From the NCBI GenBank assembly GCA_038087875.1, contig JAXLNO010005773.1:1-64000 (forward strand): DNA of 64,000 nt, given 5' to 3'. Below the pieces are notes generated by a model. That model saw only the letters and a list, made by a program, of their open reading frames with translations, was not told the origin of the DNA and ran no database searches. The DNA is from Malacoraja senta (taxonomy: Eukaryota). Positions 12,795 through 23,164 of the stretch are shown in pieces (position 1 is the stretch's first letter; every line of letters begins with the position of its first letter). A program made the translations under genes and the position numbers.

Positions 12795-14893
12795 TTTGAA
12801 AGTACACTTGATCTTTTACCCGACCCCGGTGATGGATTGGAGCCGCCCCTACCCTTCTTCCCTCTCTTTAGGGCCTTAAAAAGCTCTTGGAACTGGCGCC
12901 TCTCATTTCTTACTAGCCCCGCCTCATTCCCCTTCTTCTGAAGGATGGCATGAATGGACTGCATGGGCGCCATCAGGTCCGACCAGCGGTCGACAGCCAA
13001 CTCCACCTTGTTCCTACTCCCTCTAGTGTCCTTTAAGAACTTCCGAAGTTCCCAGACTTCGACAAGTTGAGACACGGGGCCGCGGGTGGAGCAGTCCGTC
13101 AACTCATTGTCGATGGACTCCGGGTACCCCTCCTCCTCACACTCAATGTCCGAGCCCGAGTCCAGATGGTTACTACTCTCAGCCGCCTCGCTCACCCCTC
13201 CCTGTGAGGTGGGCATTCCAGCCACATCACACAGTCCCTCCTCTGTCACCATCCCACCCCCAGGATCAGTGACAGGGGCAGGTACCGGTGCCTCTGACCG
13301 CGGCAAGCTTTCTGACAGTTGGCCAGTCTCCTGCACGCTCCCATCGCCCTCTGTAACCAGATTGGGAACAGTGAACTCAGAGCAAGTCTCCGGGCCTTGC
13401 TGTAAGCGGGTCTGTCTGGAGTCCGACCTAAGGACACGATCCAAAACGATCTTGCCCTCCTCCGCACCCACGGTATCCGCCCCTGCACCGTCACCCAGAG
13501 AGTCCCCGTCCCCCACCACCAGGTGAATCACCCCACTGTGTCCCTCAGGGGCCGATGTTACTGGAGTCTCCCCTGCTCCCTCAACCAGTGGGGCATTACA
13601 CCCCTCAACTGGGCTTGTAGCCTCAACGGGGAGCTCATGTTGGGGACCCACCCCCTCACCCAATTCCCCCCCTTCAGGCTGCCCCTGGTCATCCACTAAG
13701 CTAGCAGACATGTTTTCTGGGGGAACAGCCCCCAAGAGCAATATATCGCCACTCTCAGGTGGCCCCAGACCTACAGAGGCATCCTCCCCCTCAGAGGAAA
13801 CTTGCCCTGGGTACCCCACCTCAACAGGAGGGGAAGGCTCCCCTTCAGGTTGCCCCTGAACTTCAGGGCCCTTCTCTGTATCGGACGACCCATGCCTCCT
13901 CCTCTTCGAACCACTGGCGTACGGTGGTACGGTGAGCTCCATTGCAGAAGCCTCTACCTGCACATTACCTTCTATCTCAGAGGCGAGCATGAAATTATCT
14001 GCTTCCTGGGGTCCCGCTTGGAGGTGATCATCTTCTAGGGGATCAGCCTGGAGATGTTTCTTCTTTTTCTTGACTTTCCTCCCCTGCTGATGCTCCCAAA
14101 CCTTCCCATCCACCCTACGCACTTCTCCGGCATCCACCGCCACAGGTACGGGACATGGGGGTGGTGGGGGGATAGGGGTTGGGGGTAGGGGAGTAAAGCC
14201 TTCACGGGCCACCGTGGTAAAACCAGCAGCCCCAGATGGGCCAGTAGTGCTTTCCCGTGCCATCGTGGTGGAACTGGCAGCCCGGGTCCTGGGACAATTC
14301 TTGCGAAAATGCCCCACCTGTTTGCAACCGTGACAACGCACTTGGCCCGCATTCCAGAACACGCGATAGGAGAAATCATCCACCTCCACCTCAAAACTCC
14401 CCTCCGTGTCCGTCCCCTGTGCCAACTGTATATACACGCGACGCTTGAACGTATATATATGCTGCATCTCAGGATCGTCAAACCTGTACAACAGTTTGGT
14501 GAGCCCTGACCGCACCTCCCCCAGCTTCCTTACATGTGGGAGCAGGAGCGCATCCGGAACAAAAGTGGGAACGTTGGACAGAATGACCGGCAAAATGGGA
14601 CCCCCCCATGGGTCCACCGCCGCGAAAATCCCCCCTGCTGTTACCCCCCTTTCCAGAGCCAGAGCCACCGCCTGTTCAGTCTTTAGTATAACCACAACCT
14701 TCCCACTGACCACCGCGCCCGAGACGATGGCTTTCTTGCCAACAGTCTCACCCAACGCATCTAGAAAGGCCTTTAAGGGCAGGTTGCTCTTCATGTACAT
14801 TTTTACACCATATGTGCGCCCCATCAACTCGTGGCCCTCAGTCTCGGAGACTGCCGACCGTGCAGCAGCTGCATAACTCTGAGGGGCCGCCAT
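12791..14893 (-). CDS. Tx1 ORF1p (700 aa from the Kozak-context ATG MAAPQ), gag-like CCHC zinc knuckle and long acidic/Pro-rich C-terminal half
   Basis: Open frame 12791..15019 in the track. The context is AAGATGGCG at 14893, and the protein contains CHGCKQVGHFRKNC. Confidence 0.85.
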   Translation of the reverse strand: MAAPQSYAAAARSAVSETEGHELMGRTYGVKMYMKSNLPLKAFLDALGETVGKKAIVSGAVVSGKVVVILKTEQAVALALERGVTAGGIFAAVDPWGGPILPVILSNVPTFVPDALLLPHVRKLGEVRSGLTKLLYRFDDPEMQHIYTFKRRVYIQLAQGTDTEGSFEVEVDDFSYRVFWNAGQVRCHGCKQVGHFRKNCPRTRAASSTTMARESTTGPSGAAGFTTVAREGFTPLPPTPIPPPPPCPVPVAVDAGEVRRVDGKVWEHQQGRKVKKKKKHLQADPLEDDHLQAGPQEADNFMLASEIEGNVQVEASAMELTVPPYASGSKRRRHGSSDTEKGPEVQGQPEGEPSPPVEVGYPGQVSSEGEDASVGLGPPESGDILLLGAVPPENMSASLVDDQGQPEGGELGEGVGPQHELPVEATSPVEGCNAPLVEGAGETPVTSAPEGHSGVIHLVVGDGDSLGDGAGADTVGAEEGKIVLDRVLRSDSRQTRLQQGPETCSEFTVPNLVTEGDGSVQETGQLSESLPRSEAPVPAPVTDPGGGMVTEEGLCDVAGMPTSQGGVSEAAESSNHLDSGSDIECEEEGYPESIDNELTDCSTRGPVSQLVEVWELRKFLKDTRGSRNKVELAVDRWSDLMAPMQSIHAILQKKGNEAGLVRNERRQFQELFKALKRGKKGRGGSNPSPGSGKRSSVLSK

Positions 14894-16189
14894 CTTTAGG
14901 GCGTGGCACAACACACAAAGTATCAGTAGTTTATATCCAAAGCAGTCTTTCTGCTGTTGCTGCACCTCCACTCTTTTCCAGCAGTTAAATAGTCTTGTGA
15001 AGGCTTTCTTGGTAAGCAACAGAAGCAGTCTCCTCCTGATAAGATAGGAATGTCCGTGCCAATCCTCCCCGTCGTCAAAAATGGAGCTTCCTTATGCTTC
15101 TTCCCCGGCTTCAACGAAATCCAAGGCACTGTTGCCGTTCTTACCCAGCCCACCTGGACCGGGCAAGTCGGTGTAGGAGGGAGCTTTCCGATGTTACTGA
15201 CCACAAACACCGCTCTAGACTCAGCTCCCACTCGTTCAAGTGTAACTTGGCCTTCCGCCAGCCACTGCCGCTCCTACGACTTTACAGATACACGGACAAA
15301 TCCTCCCTAATTAGAGGAATCTTTGAACAAAGAAAGTCTCTGCAGATCGACAAAGCTCTGAACTGCAAAGTCTGACTGCTTTTGTTTCTCCCCGCCAAAC
15401 AAAACCTTCCGAAAAGTTCATCCAATCCTCCCCGCCAGCAGAACAGCTCCTCACCTGGCCCCGCTCTGGGAGTAGAAGTGGGGGCGGATCTGGACCGCAA
15501 CGGCCGTGAGCCCCAGGCCGAGTTCGGCGATCGTTTGCCTGCTTCTGCTCCTGTTGAAAGTGAGACTTTGCGTCGCGCCAGGGTCTTGGGCCTGTCCCAC
15601 TTTGGCCGTCAGTTCCGCGACAGGCCGTTGGCGCGCGAAGATTTCGTTCACTACAAAATTATTGGAGCCCCGCGCGATGTCGCGCACAACTACATACCCC
15701 TCCGCGCTTCTCAGTGAGACCGGTCCCGCGCGGCCATACGATGCCCGTGAGCCTCAACGCGACCACGAGGTCGCATAATTTGTGTGCCAAGGACACGTAA
15801 GTGGGACAGGCCCTTAAAAATACCAAGGAAGGGTAGCGCAGCTACACATCACTGGATATCTTTAACCTGTTTAATCACTGGATATCTTTAACCTGTTCAA
15901 TGCCACCGCCGAGTACACTAAGGATCATGGCCAATAGTGAAAAATAAACTTGGCAGTGAACAGCTTAATGGTCTCCATATTTTAGAGAAAGCCTTCAATG
16001 CCCATGAGGGGTGAGCCTTATTATATCTATGTTTCTCTAAATATAGGAAGCACTTTTGTGGTAATAGATGGGGCAGCTCGGGCCTCGAAAAGATCCAACC
16101 TTATGTGCAGCTTTACATTTGTTTATATGCAATAAGCAAAAAGAAGACAATAGAAGATAAAACATGATAATAATTATAAGCAAAGCCAA

Positions 16190-16396
16190 GAGATCGTGGC
16201 CTTACACGAGTTGCTGCCTTGCAGCACCTGAGACCCGGGTTTGAACCTGACTACGAGTGGTGACTGTACGGAGTTTGCATGTTCTCCCCGTAACCTGTGT
16301 GACTTTTCTCTGAGATGTAGGTAAATTGGCTTGGTATAATTGTAAATTGTCCCTAGTATGGGCTGAAGGGCCTGTTTCAGCAATGTATCTCCAAAG
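16190..16396 (+). repeat. HE1/V-SINE-like SINE whose 3' tail is interrupted by a hAT transposon (tail resumes ~20725)
   Basis: GACCCGGGTTTGAACCTG (B-box-like), the core GGAGTTTGCATGTTCTCCCCGT, and the tail GAAGGGCCTGTTTCAGCAATGTATCTC. Confidence 0.7.
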
Positions 16397-16837
16397 CAGT
16401 GGTTCTTAACCTGGGGGTCATGACCCCCATGGGGGTCACTTGGGGTTTTTCCGGGGGTCATGAAGGGGTTGTAAAGAACATCAATTTGTTGAGCCTATTT
16501 TGAGGAACCTAACAAAGGTACATACCACACACAGTATTTTGTTCACGAATGCGCGTACGTATACACAGGGCCTATGAGAGGGGGGTGCAGGGGGTACATC
16601 GTACCCGGGCCCAGAGTCCAATAGGAGCCCGGGAGCTGAAGGAGGGGGGGTGTGAATTTCGTGAAATCTCAGAAAATGTTTGCATATATTTTGTGAAGAC
16701 TAGCATTCACATTTTGTGCCTTCAGAGTTTTATATATCGTAATTCGTAGAAATTGTGATCCATAATATAGCAGGGAATTTTAACTGGCGGGTGTGTGGTC
16801 GGGGTAACCTGATTAAAAGAGGGGGAAGGGGAAGAAC

Positions 16838-17085
16838 CATCACTACTCATGGGTCTTCCCTGTAGGAGGAGGGAGAGCACTAGGACCCAACAGAGTCATC
16901 ACTACTGATGGATCTTCCCTGTAGGACAAGGAGGGGGGAGAGCACTAGGACCCAGCAGAGTCATCACTACTGATGGATCTTCCCTGTAGGAGAAGGAGGG
17001 GGGAGAGCACTAGGACCCAGCAGAGTCATCACTATTGATGGGTCTTCCCTGTAGGAGGGAGGGGGGGAGCACTAGGAGCCAGCAA
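16838..17085 (+). repeat. Minisatellite, 4 units of 59-65 bp
   Basis: CATCACTACTGATGGATCTTCCCTGTAGGA..GGAGAGCACTAGGACCCAGCAGAGT units start at 16838, 16897, 16962 and 17027. Confidence 0.9.
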
Positions 17086-17369
17086 TCAGACCATGTGCTG
17101 TCTGCATGGTTTAGGTTGTGGGCCTGGTGCTATGCTGGGAACTCTGGTGAGGTGACGGGTCTGGCCCGCTGGTGGCCGGTGGAGAGGCGAGGGTCGGCAG
17201 AGTCGCTGGTGGAGGCCCGTGGAGAGCTGGAGTAGAGATATGGGCAGCAGCATCATTGGCTTTCTGAAGACAGTGAAGGTCGGCGACAGTGGCTGCGGTG
17301 GCCTCGCCCGGGGTGGTGGTGAGAGTCGGCAGCCGCGTCTGTTTCAGTGGTCCGGGCCTGGGTTTGGGT

Positions 17370-17520
17370 CAGTGTGTGGATGGGTGTGTGTGAGTGAGTG
17401 GGTGAGGGTGTGTGTATGTGTGTGGATGTGTGTGGCTGAGTGCGTGGGTGAGGGTGTGTGTATGTGTGTGGGTGTATGTGAGTAGGTGAGTGAGTGTGTG
17501 TCTGAGTGTATGTGTGTGTT
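17370..17520 (+). repeat. Degenerate (GT)n/GTGA microsatellite
   Basis: Low-complexity GT-rich run. Confidence 0.85.
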
Positions 17521-17748
17521 AGTGGGAGGGTGAATTTTATAAATGAAGTTAAAACCATTAGATCTGTTGAACTTGTTAACAGACTATTGACTTGGTAACC
17601 TGTTTCCAAATGTTTGTGTTAGCTTCAGAATACTATTAACAATTCCAGCAACAGTAGCTTCTGCAGAGAGGTCATTTAGCAAACTCAAGCTGATTAAGGT
17701 CGACAATGTCTCATGATCGTCTTGTGGATTTGGCCAGGCTAAGTATTC

Positions 17749-18221
17749 AAAGTTAAAGTCAGTTTTATTCATCACATACACCCGAAGGTGCAGTGAAGTG
17801 AATTTGCCAGCAGTGATACACGTAAAAAGAACACACAATACACAATAAAATTGAACACAAACATCCACTACAGCATTTTTCACTGTGGTAGAAGGCAACA
17901 AGTTTCAGCCAGTCTTCCTCCTTTGTTCACCCGTGTTCGGAGCCATAACCCCTCCGTAGTCGCATCCAGGGACGGCCCGATGTACAAGGCCCTCTCGTCG
18001 GGATGATCCAAACTCCGACGTTGGGACGGACAAACACACTCTGCGGCTTGGAGGTCCCGACTCGGCACTTTCCTGCTGGAGACCGCAGCTTCAGGATGTG
18101 AGCCAGCGGTTCGAGCTCGTCTCTGGTGATCCCCGGCGAGGGATCCCAGGATCCGGATGGTAAGTCCACGCCACGCCCGCGGTTAGAAGCTCCGCAGACC
18201 ACAGCTCCACGGTGTCAACGT
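17749..18221. repeat. Unclassified interspersed repeat inserted in the hAT remnant; related sequence at ~20810-21500
   Basis: It interrupts the hAT dimerisation reading frame. It shares motifs (TTTATT..CACAT, AACATCCAC.ACAG, GCGGCTTGGAGGTCCCG, GATGGTAAGTCCAC) with 20810-21500. Confidence 0.55.
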
Positions 18222-18833
18222 ATTGAATCAATAGTATTGAATCATACATTGCCAGAACAATACATTTTTATGCTGTGATTTGACATTTTTCACAAAAAAA
18301 GGCCAGGAAACCTCTTTATATAAAATAAATTTATATAATAAATCTTTTACTTTTTACAAATAATTATGTCTTTTGATGATATGAACTGCATTGAAACATA
18401 AAAAGATGTTTCAATGTGAATTCTTTCTCCTTATCTGTATTGTAGCATAAACAAAGATGTTCAAAACAAAGCTAGATTAAATGCTGGAGAAACTCAACGG
18501 GTGAGGCAGCATCAATAGAGTGAAGGAAAACCAATGAGCTTTCTGATCCTTTTATTTTATTTATACTTATTTATATTTATCATGGAGGGTGTATAGGGAC
18601 ATAAGGCCTCAAATGCAGAAAATCAACAGAGCGCCCCATCCCACCCCTCTCTCATCTTCCATACCCCTTTTTGCCGTGCAGTCTCCAGCTCATGGCATAA
18701 AACTGTAGCATAGTGGATAAAAACAGGATGACTAATGGAGAAGGGAATGAGGCCCAAAATAAACTTTGTACCCACTGATAAAATTCCTCTCAGGCCCTGC
18801 GTATACACGCACAAACAGTGTGTGTTGTGAACC

Positions 18834-20600
18834 ATGTCTTCCAAGACGCGCACGTATAGTGAAACATTTCTCAAGTTGGGCTTCACAAGCATTGTTCAAA
18901 ATCCGTGGTCAAGCCGCGATGTGTTCTCTGTGCCAAGGTTTTGAGTCACGAGAGCATGAAGCCCAGCAAACTGAAGATCCATTTGGAGTCTTGTCACAGT
19001 AACCTGGCGGGGAAGAGCGGGGACTATTTCAAACGAAAAGAAGCCGTACTCAAGGGATCCCGCATCTATTCAATGGGTAACTGTGCTCATCAAAATGAAG
19101 CAGCGTTGGAGGCTTCATACCGGATTGCTTATCGAATCGCACAGACTAAGAAACCTCACAGCATCGGTGAAGAGCTTATCAAGCCACGCCTTCTCGAAAC
19201 AGCGAAGTTGGTGCTGGGGGAAGAGCAGTCAAACAAGTTCAGGCAGATTTCCCTTTTGAATGACACAGTCAAAAGTTGAATCTCGGATATGAGTAATGAT
19301 ATTCTGCTGCAAGTAGTGAGGGCTGTGACGAGCAGTCCAGTGTATTCACTGCAACTGGGAGAGTCAACAGATGTTGCCTCATGTTCCCAACTGCTAGTCT
19401 ACGTTCATTACCTCAATGGAGAAGCCATGCGGAGGAGTACCTGTTCTCGGACCCATTGGCTACTACCACTCGGGGAGAAGATGTGTTCAGAATGCTGGAA
19501 GCCTTCCTCATCAAACATGAGCTTGGTGGGAATGCCTTGTCGGGATGTGTACAGTTGGGGCACCTTCCATGGTCAGCTGCAGATCCGGTTTCCAAGCCTT
19601 CGTGAAGGATGTCGCTCCCCATGTCTCCTTCACCCACTGCATGATACATCACCATGCTTTAGTGATGAAGACTCTCCCTCTTGGTCTTCGAGAAGTGCTT
19701 TCAGATGTGGTGAAGATTGTGAACCACATCCGAGAGAGTGCAACAAACTCAAGAATCTTCAAAGCGATGTGTGAAGAAATGGGCGCCGATTTCACTATTC
19801 TGTTATTCCACACAGAAGTGCGCTGGCTTTCGCACTGGTAAATTTCTCAATCATGTGATTCAACGTTGAGAGGAAATAGCGCTGTTCTTGGAGAGAAGGG
19901 GTACTGAGAAGGAGAATCCGCTTCATGAAAAGATGCAGGTTGAACTGTTCGTGATGAAGGTTGCTTACTTGGCTGACTTCTTCACCGAGGTGAATTCCTT
20001 GAACCTGTCACTTCAAGGAAACCTCCCAATGGCAAAGTGGCAGCATTCAGGAGGAATCTTTACCAGAGAAGAGTCCAGGACGGTGACTCAACTATCTTCC
20101 CTGAGATGACGACTCTCCTCCATGCTACGCCTGATGCTGAATGCCACTTCCATGAGGAGATCTCAACCCACCTTCTGGCAATTAGTGAAGCCATCGAATG
20201 TTACTTCCCCAGACTGGACGACCGCTCTCGTGATCAGTGGATCTTCCGACCCTTTTCCGTTGAAGGCGGTGCCATCAGTGATACTGACGTGACTGCGAAG
20301 GTTGAATTTTACCGAATTTGTGAAGATGCGCAACTCAAGAGTGACTTCATGGAACAAGAGCTCGCCACGTTTTGGCTGAAAGTGAAGGACTGTCCTGCTC
20401 TTTCGAAGAGGGCCCTGACCCTATTGGTCCAGTCCCCCTCAACCTCTCACTGTGAGGGTGGATTCTCCACTATGGTAACTCTGAAAACGAAGGTACGCAA
20501 TAGGCTTGTGATCGACACTGACATGAGATGCTGCCTGTCGAGCATTCGTGCTCGTTTTGATTGCGTGATGACTGCGAAGCAATTTCAGCCATCCCATTGA
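18834..20600 (+). pseudogene. Charlie/Buster-type hAT transposase pseudogene
   Basis: MSSKTRTYSETFLKLGFTS.. / KPRCVLCAKVLSHESMKPSKLKIHL (BED-like finger), KKPHSIGEELIKP, ESTDVAS, HCMIHHHAL, HTEVRWLS and STSHCEGGFSTM are split over ORFs 18905, 19289, 19545, 19888 and 20037 by stops and frameshifts. Confidence 0.9.
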
Positions 20601-21519
20601 CTGAGCAATGGCAGACATGTTTTAATAAATCGGGCTGTTTTTTTTCAAATTTTGTTTCAGAGGTCATGGTACTGATCAAGAATGCCCGATGGGGTCGTGG
20701 GGCCAAAAAGATTAAGAACAACTGCTCTAAAGCTTAAAATTAAAGGGGCTAATAAAGGCCACAAAGTGGCTTTAGTGAGTCGGATTACAGAAAATCCCAC
20801 ATCTTTTTCAAGGTTTCATGGTTAGTTTATTGTCACATATACCAATTAAGGTACATTGAAATGCAGACTACCATACACCATACTAAAAAAAGCAACAAGA
20901 CACACAATAACATAAAAGTTAACATAAACATCCACAACAGAGGAGCCCGCACGTTCCTCACTGTGATAGAAGGCAATAAAGTCTAATCTCCTTCCTCTTT
21001 ATCTCCTGCGGTCGGGGCAGTCAAACAATCTGCAGTCGGTGGTCGAAACCCCCATTGGGGAATCGAAACTCCCACATCGGAGCGGTCGGAGCGGTCGAAA
21101 CTCCTGCGGCTTGGAGGTCCCGGATGTCGGTCTCGACCTGGGACCGCGGGCTCCGCGATGTTAAAGTCTTGCAGGCTCTCACAGTTGGAGCCCTAAAGTC
21201 GATCCCCGACAGGGATCACGAGCTCCATGATGGTAAGTCCACAGGCTCCTGCGATGGATCTCCCGGTCGATCTCTAGCAAAGGCCGCCATTCCTCAATGT
21301 TAGGCCGCATTGTGGACGGAGATACGATACAAAAAATATCGCATCAACGTCGAGGTAAGAGATTAGGAAAAGTTTCCCACAACTCCCCCAACCCCCCCCC
21401 CCCAAAACAAGCAAAAGAACACGAAAGAATATACATTTAACACATACAAAATGGACACAAAGAAGGAAGGGACAGACATACTGTTGGCGAGGCAACCATT
21501 GCAGCAAAAGGTGGATTGC

Positions 21520-22430
21520 TTAAGGATATAGAAGGGAATATGTGCTTGGAGTTTGTGGATATAGGCGAGGTTTGGTTTCACCAAGGAAGACATGGAGAAT
21601 AGTAAGGACTATTAATAGTACGTACATCATAAAATCCTCCATCATTTTTGCCACCTCCAACGGGATCCCACTACTGATCACATCTTCCCATCTCCACCCC
21701 TTTCTGCTTTCCGCAGAGACCGTTCCCTCCGAAACTCCCTGGTCAACTTGTCCCTTCACACCCAAACCACCCGCTCCCCGGCTACTTTCCCCTGCAACCG
21801 CCGGAGATGCAACACCTGTCCCTTTACGTCCCCCCTCGACTCCGTCCAAGGACCAAAAGTCTTTCCAGGTGAGGCAGAAGTTCACTTGCACCTCTTCCAA
21901 CCTCATCTACTGTATCCACTGTTTCAGTTGTCAACTTCTCTACATCAGTGAGACCAAGCGCAGGCTCGGCGATCGTTTTGCTGAACACTTCCCCTCAGTC
22001 CGTCTTACCCTACCCGATCTCCCGGTGGCTCAGCACTTCAACTCCCCCTCCCATTCCCAATCTGACCTTTCTGTTCTGGGCCTCCTCCATTGTCAGAGTG
22101 TGGCCCAGCACAAATTGGAGGAACAGCACCTCATATTTCGCTTGGGTAGTCTATACTCCAGCGGTATGAACATTGACTTCTATAACTTTCGATAGCCCTT
22201 GATTTCTCTCTCCATCCCCTCCCCCTTCCCAATTCTCCCACCAGTCTTACTGTCTCCGCCGACATTCTATCTTTGTCCCTCCCCTGACATCAGTATGAAG
22301 AAGGGTCTCGACCCAAAACGATGCCCATTCCATCTCTCCAGGGAAGCTGCCTGACCCGCTGAGTTACGCCAGCATTTTGTGTCTCTCTTCGATTTTAACA
22401 TCTGCAGCATCTGCAGTTCTTTCTTACACA
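21520..22430 (+). mobile_element. Penelope-like element 3' fragment (GIY-YIG endonuclease and terminal repeat)
   Basis: PCNRRRCNTC / FTCTSSNLIYCIHCFSCQLLYISETKRRLGDRFAEH..PVAQHFN..EQHLIFRLGSL..GMN, followed by TGAAGAAGGGTCTCGACCC... Confidence 0.9.
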
Positions 22431-22574
22431 TGGAGAATCAATGTGGAGAATGCTAACATGCAGGGACACTTTGAAGTTAAGCAAGAAGGAGATGTTGGAT
22501 CACTTGAAGAGAAATGTGGATAAATCCTCAGGACAGAGGGGTGTAGTGGATGATAATAATAATCATTGAAAACA

Positions 22575-22990
22575 TTAGTGCCGTGCTGGTTTCCGACGGG
22601 CACGGTGACGGATGCACCACACATCTCTCCTTCATGCAACTGGCAAGCGCCTTTTTTATCTCTACACATGCGTCTTCCATCAACGTCTTCACCATCATCT
22701 TGATTGGCCATCCTGGGTCAAGTCTTCCATGGGTGGGTTCCCACAGCACAACCTTGTTCGCTGGCATTTCTGGGTAACGGAGCCAGTGACCTGCGAGCCT
22801 CATCCTTCTCAACGTGATCTTCTCGGTCAGAGGTGGATTCTCCCCATAGAGCTGGGCGTTGGTGATGTGGTCCCTCCATCTGACATTTTAAACTTTTCCG
22901 AGCATTCGGGTGTAGGTACCATCAAGAGACTAGGACAGTGCTGGAGTGAGAGTCCATGCATCACACCCATACAATAATATGGTCTCTACA
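22575..22990 (-). mobile_element. RTE-type LINE C-terminal fragment
   Basis: ORF 22528..22812 RRMRLAGHWLRYPEMPANKVVLWEPTHGR resembles the RTE post-RT LRxAGH..R motif. Confidence 0.6.
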
Positions 22991-23164
22991 GTTGTACGGA
23001 AGGCCAAATATTCAGGCTGTAGTTCAGTGACAAGTAGAGTTGTCACAGGGATCTATGCTGTGACCCTTGCTACTTGTGACATATATAAATAACTTGTACC
23101 CTGGTGTTCAGAAATTACCCAGTCATAACAATTAATCAAATAATGATTTTTATTTTTATTTCAG

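Larger units (their letters stand above)
9001..15455 (-). mobile_element. Tx1-clade non-LTR retrotransposon, full-length copy B
   Basis: Same 5' end and organisation as copy A. ORF1 is intact. ORF2 runs 12794 to 9120 with frameshifts at ~10324, ~10284 and near 9250. Poly(A) reads as T-run 9001-9022. It is flanked by TGGCCCCGCTCT at 8989-9000 and 15456-15467. Confidence 0.95.
2197..15814. mobile_element. Non-autonomous DNA transposon (MITE, PIF/Harbinger-like termini), ~680 bp when empty, split by two Tx1 insertions
   Basis: The left end AGGGGCCTGTCCCACTTACGTGTCCTTGGCACGCATATTACGCG (2197-) and the right end (15814, reverse complement AGGGCCTGTCCCACTTACGTGTCCTTGGCACACAAATTATGCG) form ~43-bp TIRs. 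TAA flanks both ends (2194-2196, 15815-15817). A third partial TIR GGGCCTGTCCCACTT lies at 15588-15602. The superfamily is inferred from the 3-bp TWA TSD. Confidence 0.8.
16566..18799 (+). mobile_element. Second, internally deleted hAT element (Tip100/ZMYM1-like transposase remnant) nested in the Charlie element
   Basis: Termini are CAGGGCCTATGAGAG (16566) and CTCTCAGGCCCTG (ending 18799), with a perfect 8-bp TSD CGTATACA (16558-16565, 18800-18807). A hAT dimerisation-domain remnant NLFPNVCVSFRILLTIPATVASAERSFSKLKLIK at ~17597-17698 continues TMSHDRLVDLARLSI and, after an inserted repeat, IARTIHF..FSQKKARK at ~18250-18310. Confidence 0.88.
16397..20724 (+). mobile_element. hAT DNA transposon, Charlie/Buster (ZBED5/SCAND3-like) type, decayed
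   Basis: TIRs are CAGTGGTTCTTAA (16397) and TTAAGAACAACTG (ending 20724). The 8-bp TSD is CTCCAAAG (16389-16396) / CTCTAAAG (20725-20732). A fragmented transposase lies inside. Confidence 0.9.

Noticed and set aside
3035-14876. Many plus-strand ORFs of 60-200 aa across the Tx1 copies (e.g. 3266..3862, 4480..4992, 6495..7058, 9734..10345, 13086..13526)
   Set aside because: They are antisense or alternative frames of GC-rich Tx1 ORFs, repeated in both copies, with no independent domain signal.
9001-15455. Second Tx1 copy as an assembly duplication of the first
   Set aside because: The copies have many private substitutions and indels (about 5% near the ORF1 end) and different poly(A) tracts.
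15848-15897. 24-bp direct repeat ATCACTGGATATCTTTAACCTGTT x2
   Set aside because: It is a local slippage-type duplication with only 2 bp between copies and does not bracket an element.
16838-17085. Regularly spaced repeats as a CRISPR-like array
   Set aside because: The units are contiguous with no unique spacers, the context is eukaryotic, and there are no cas genes. It is a minisatellite.
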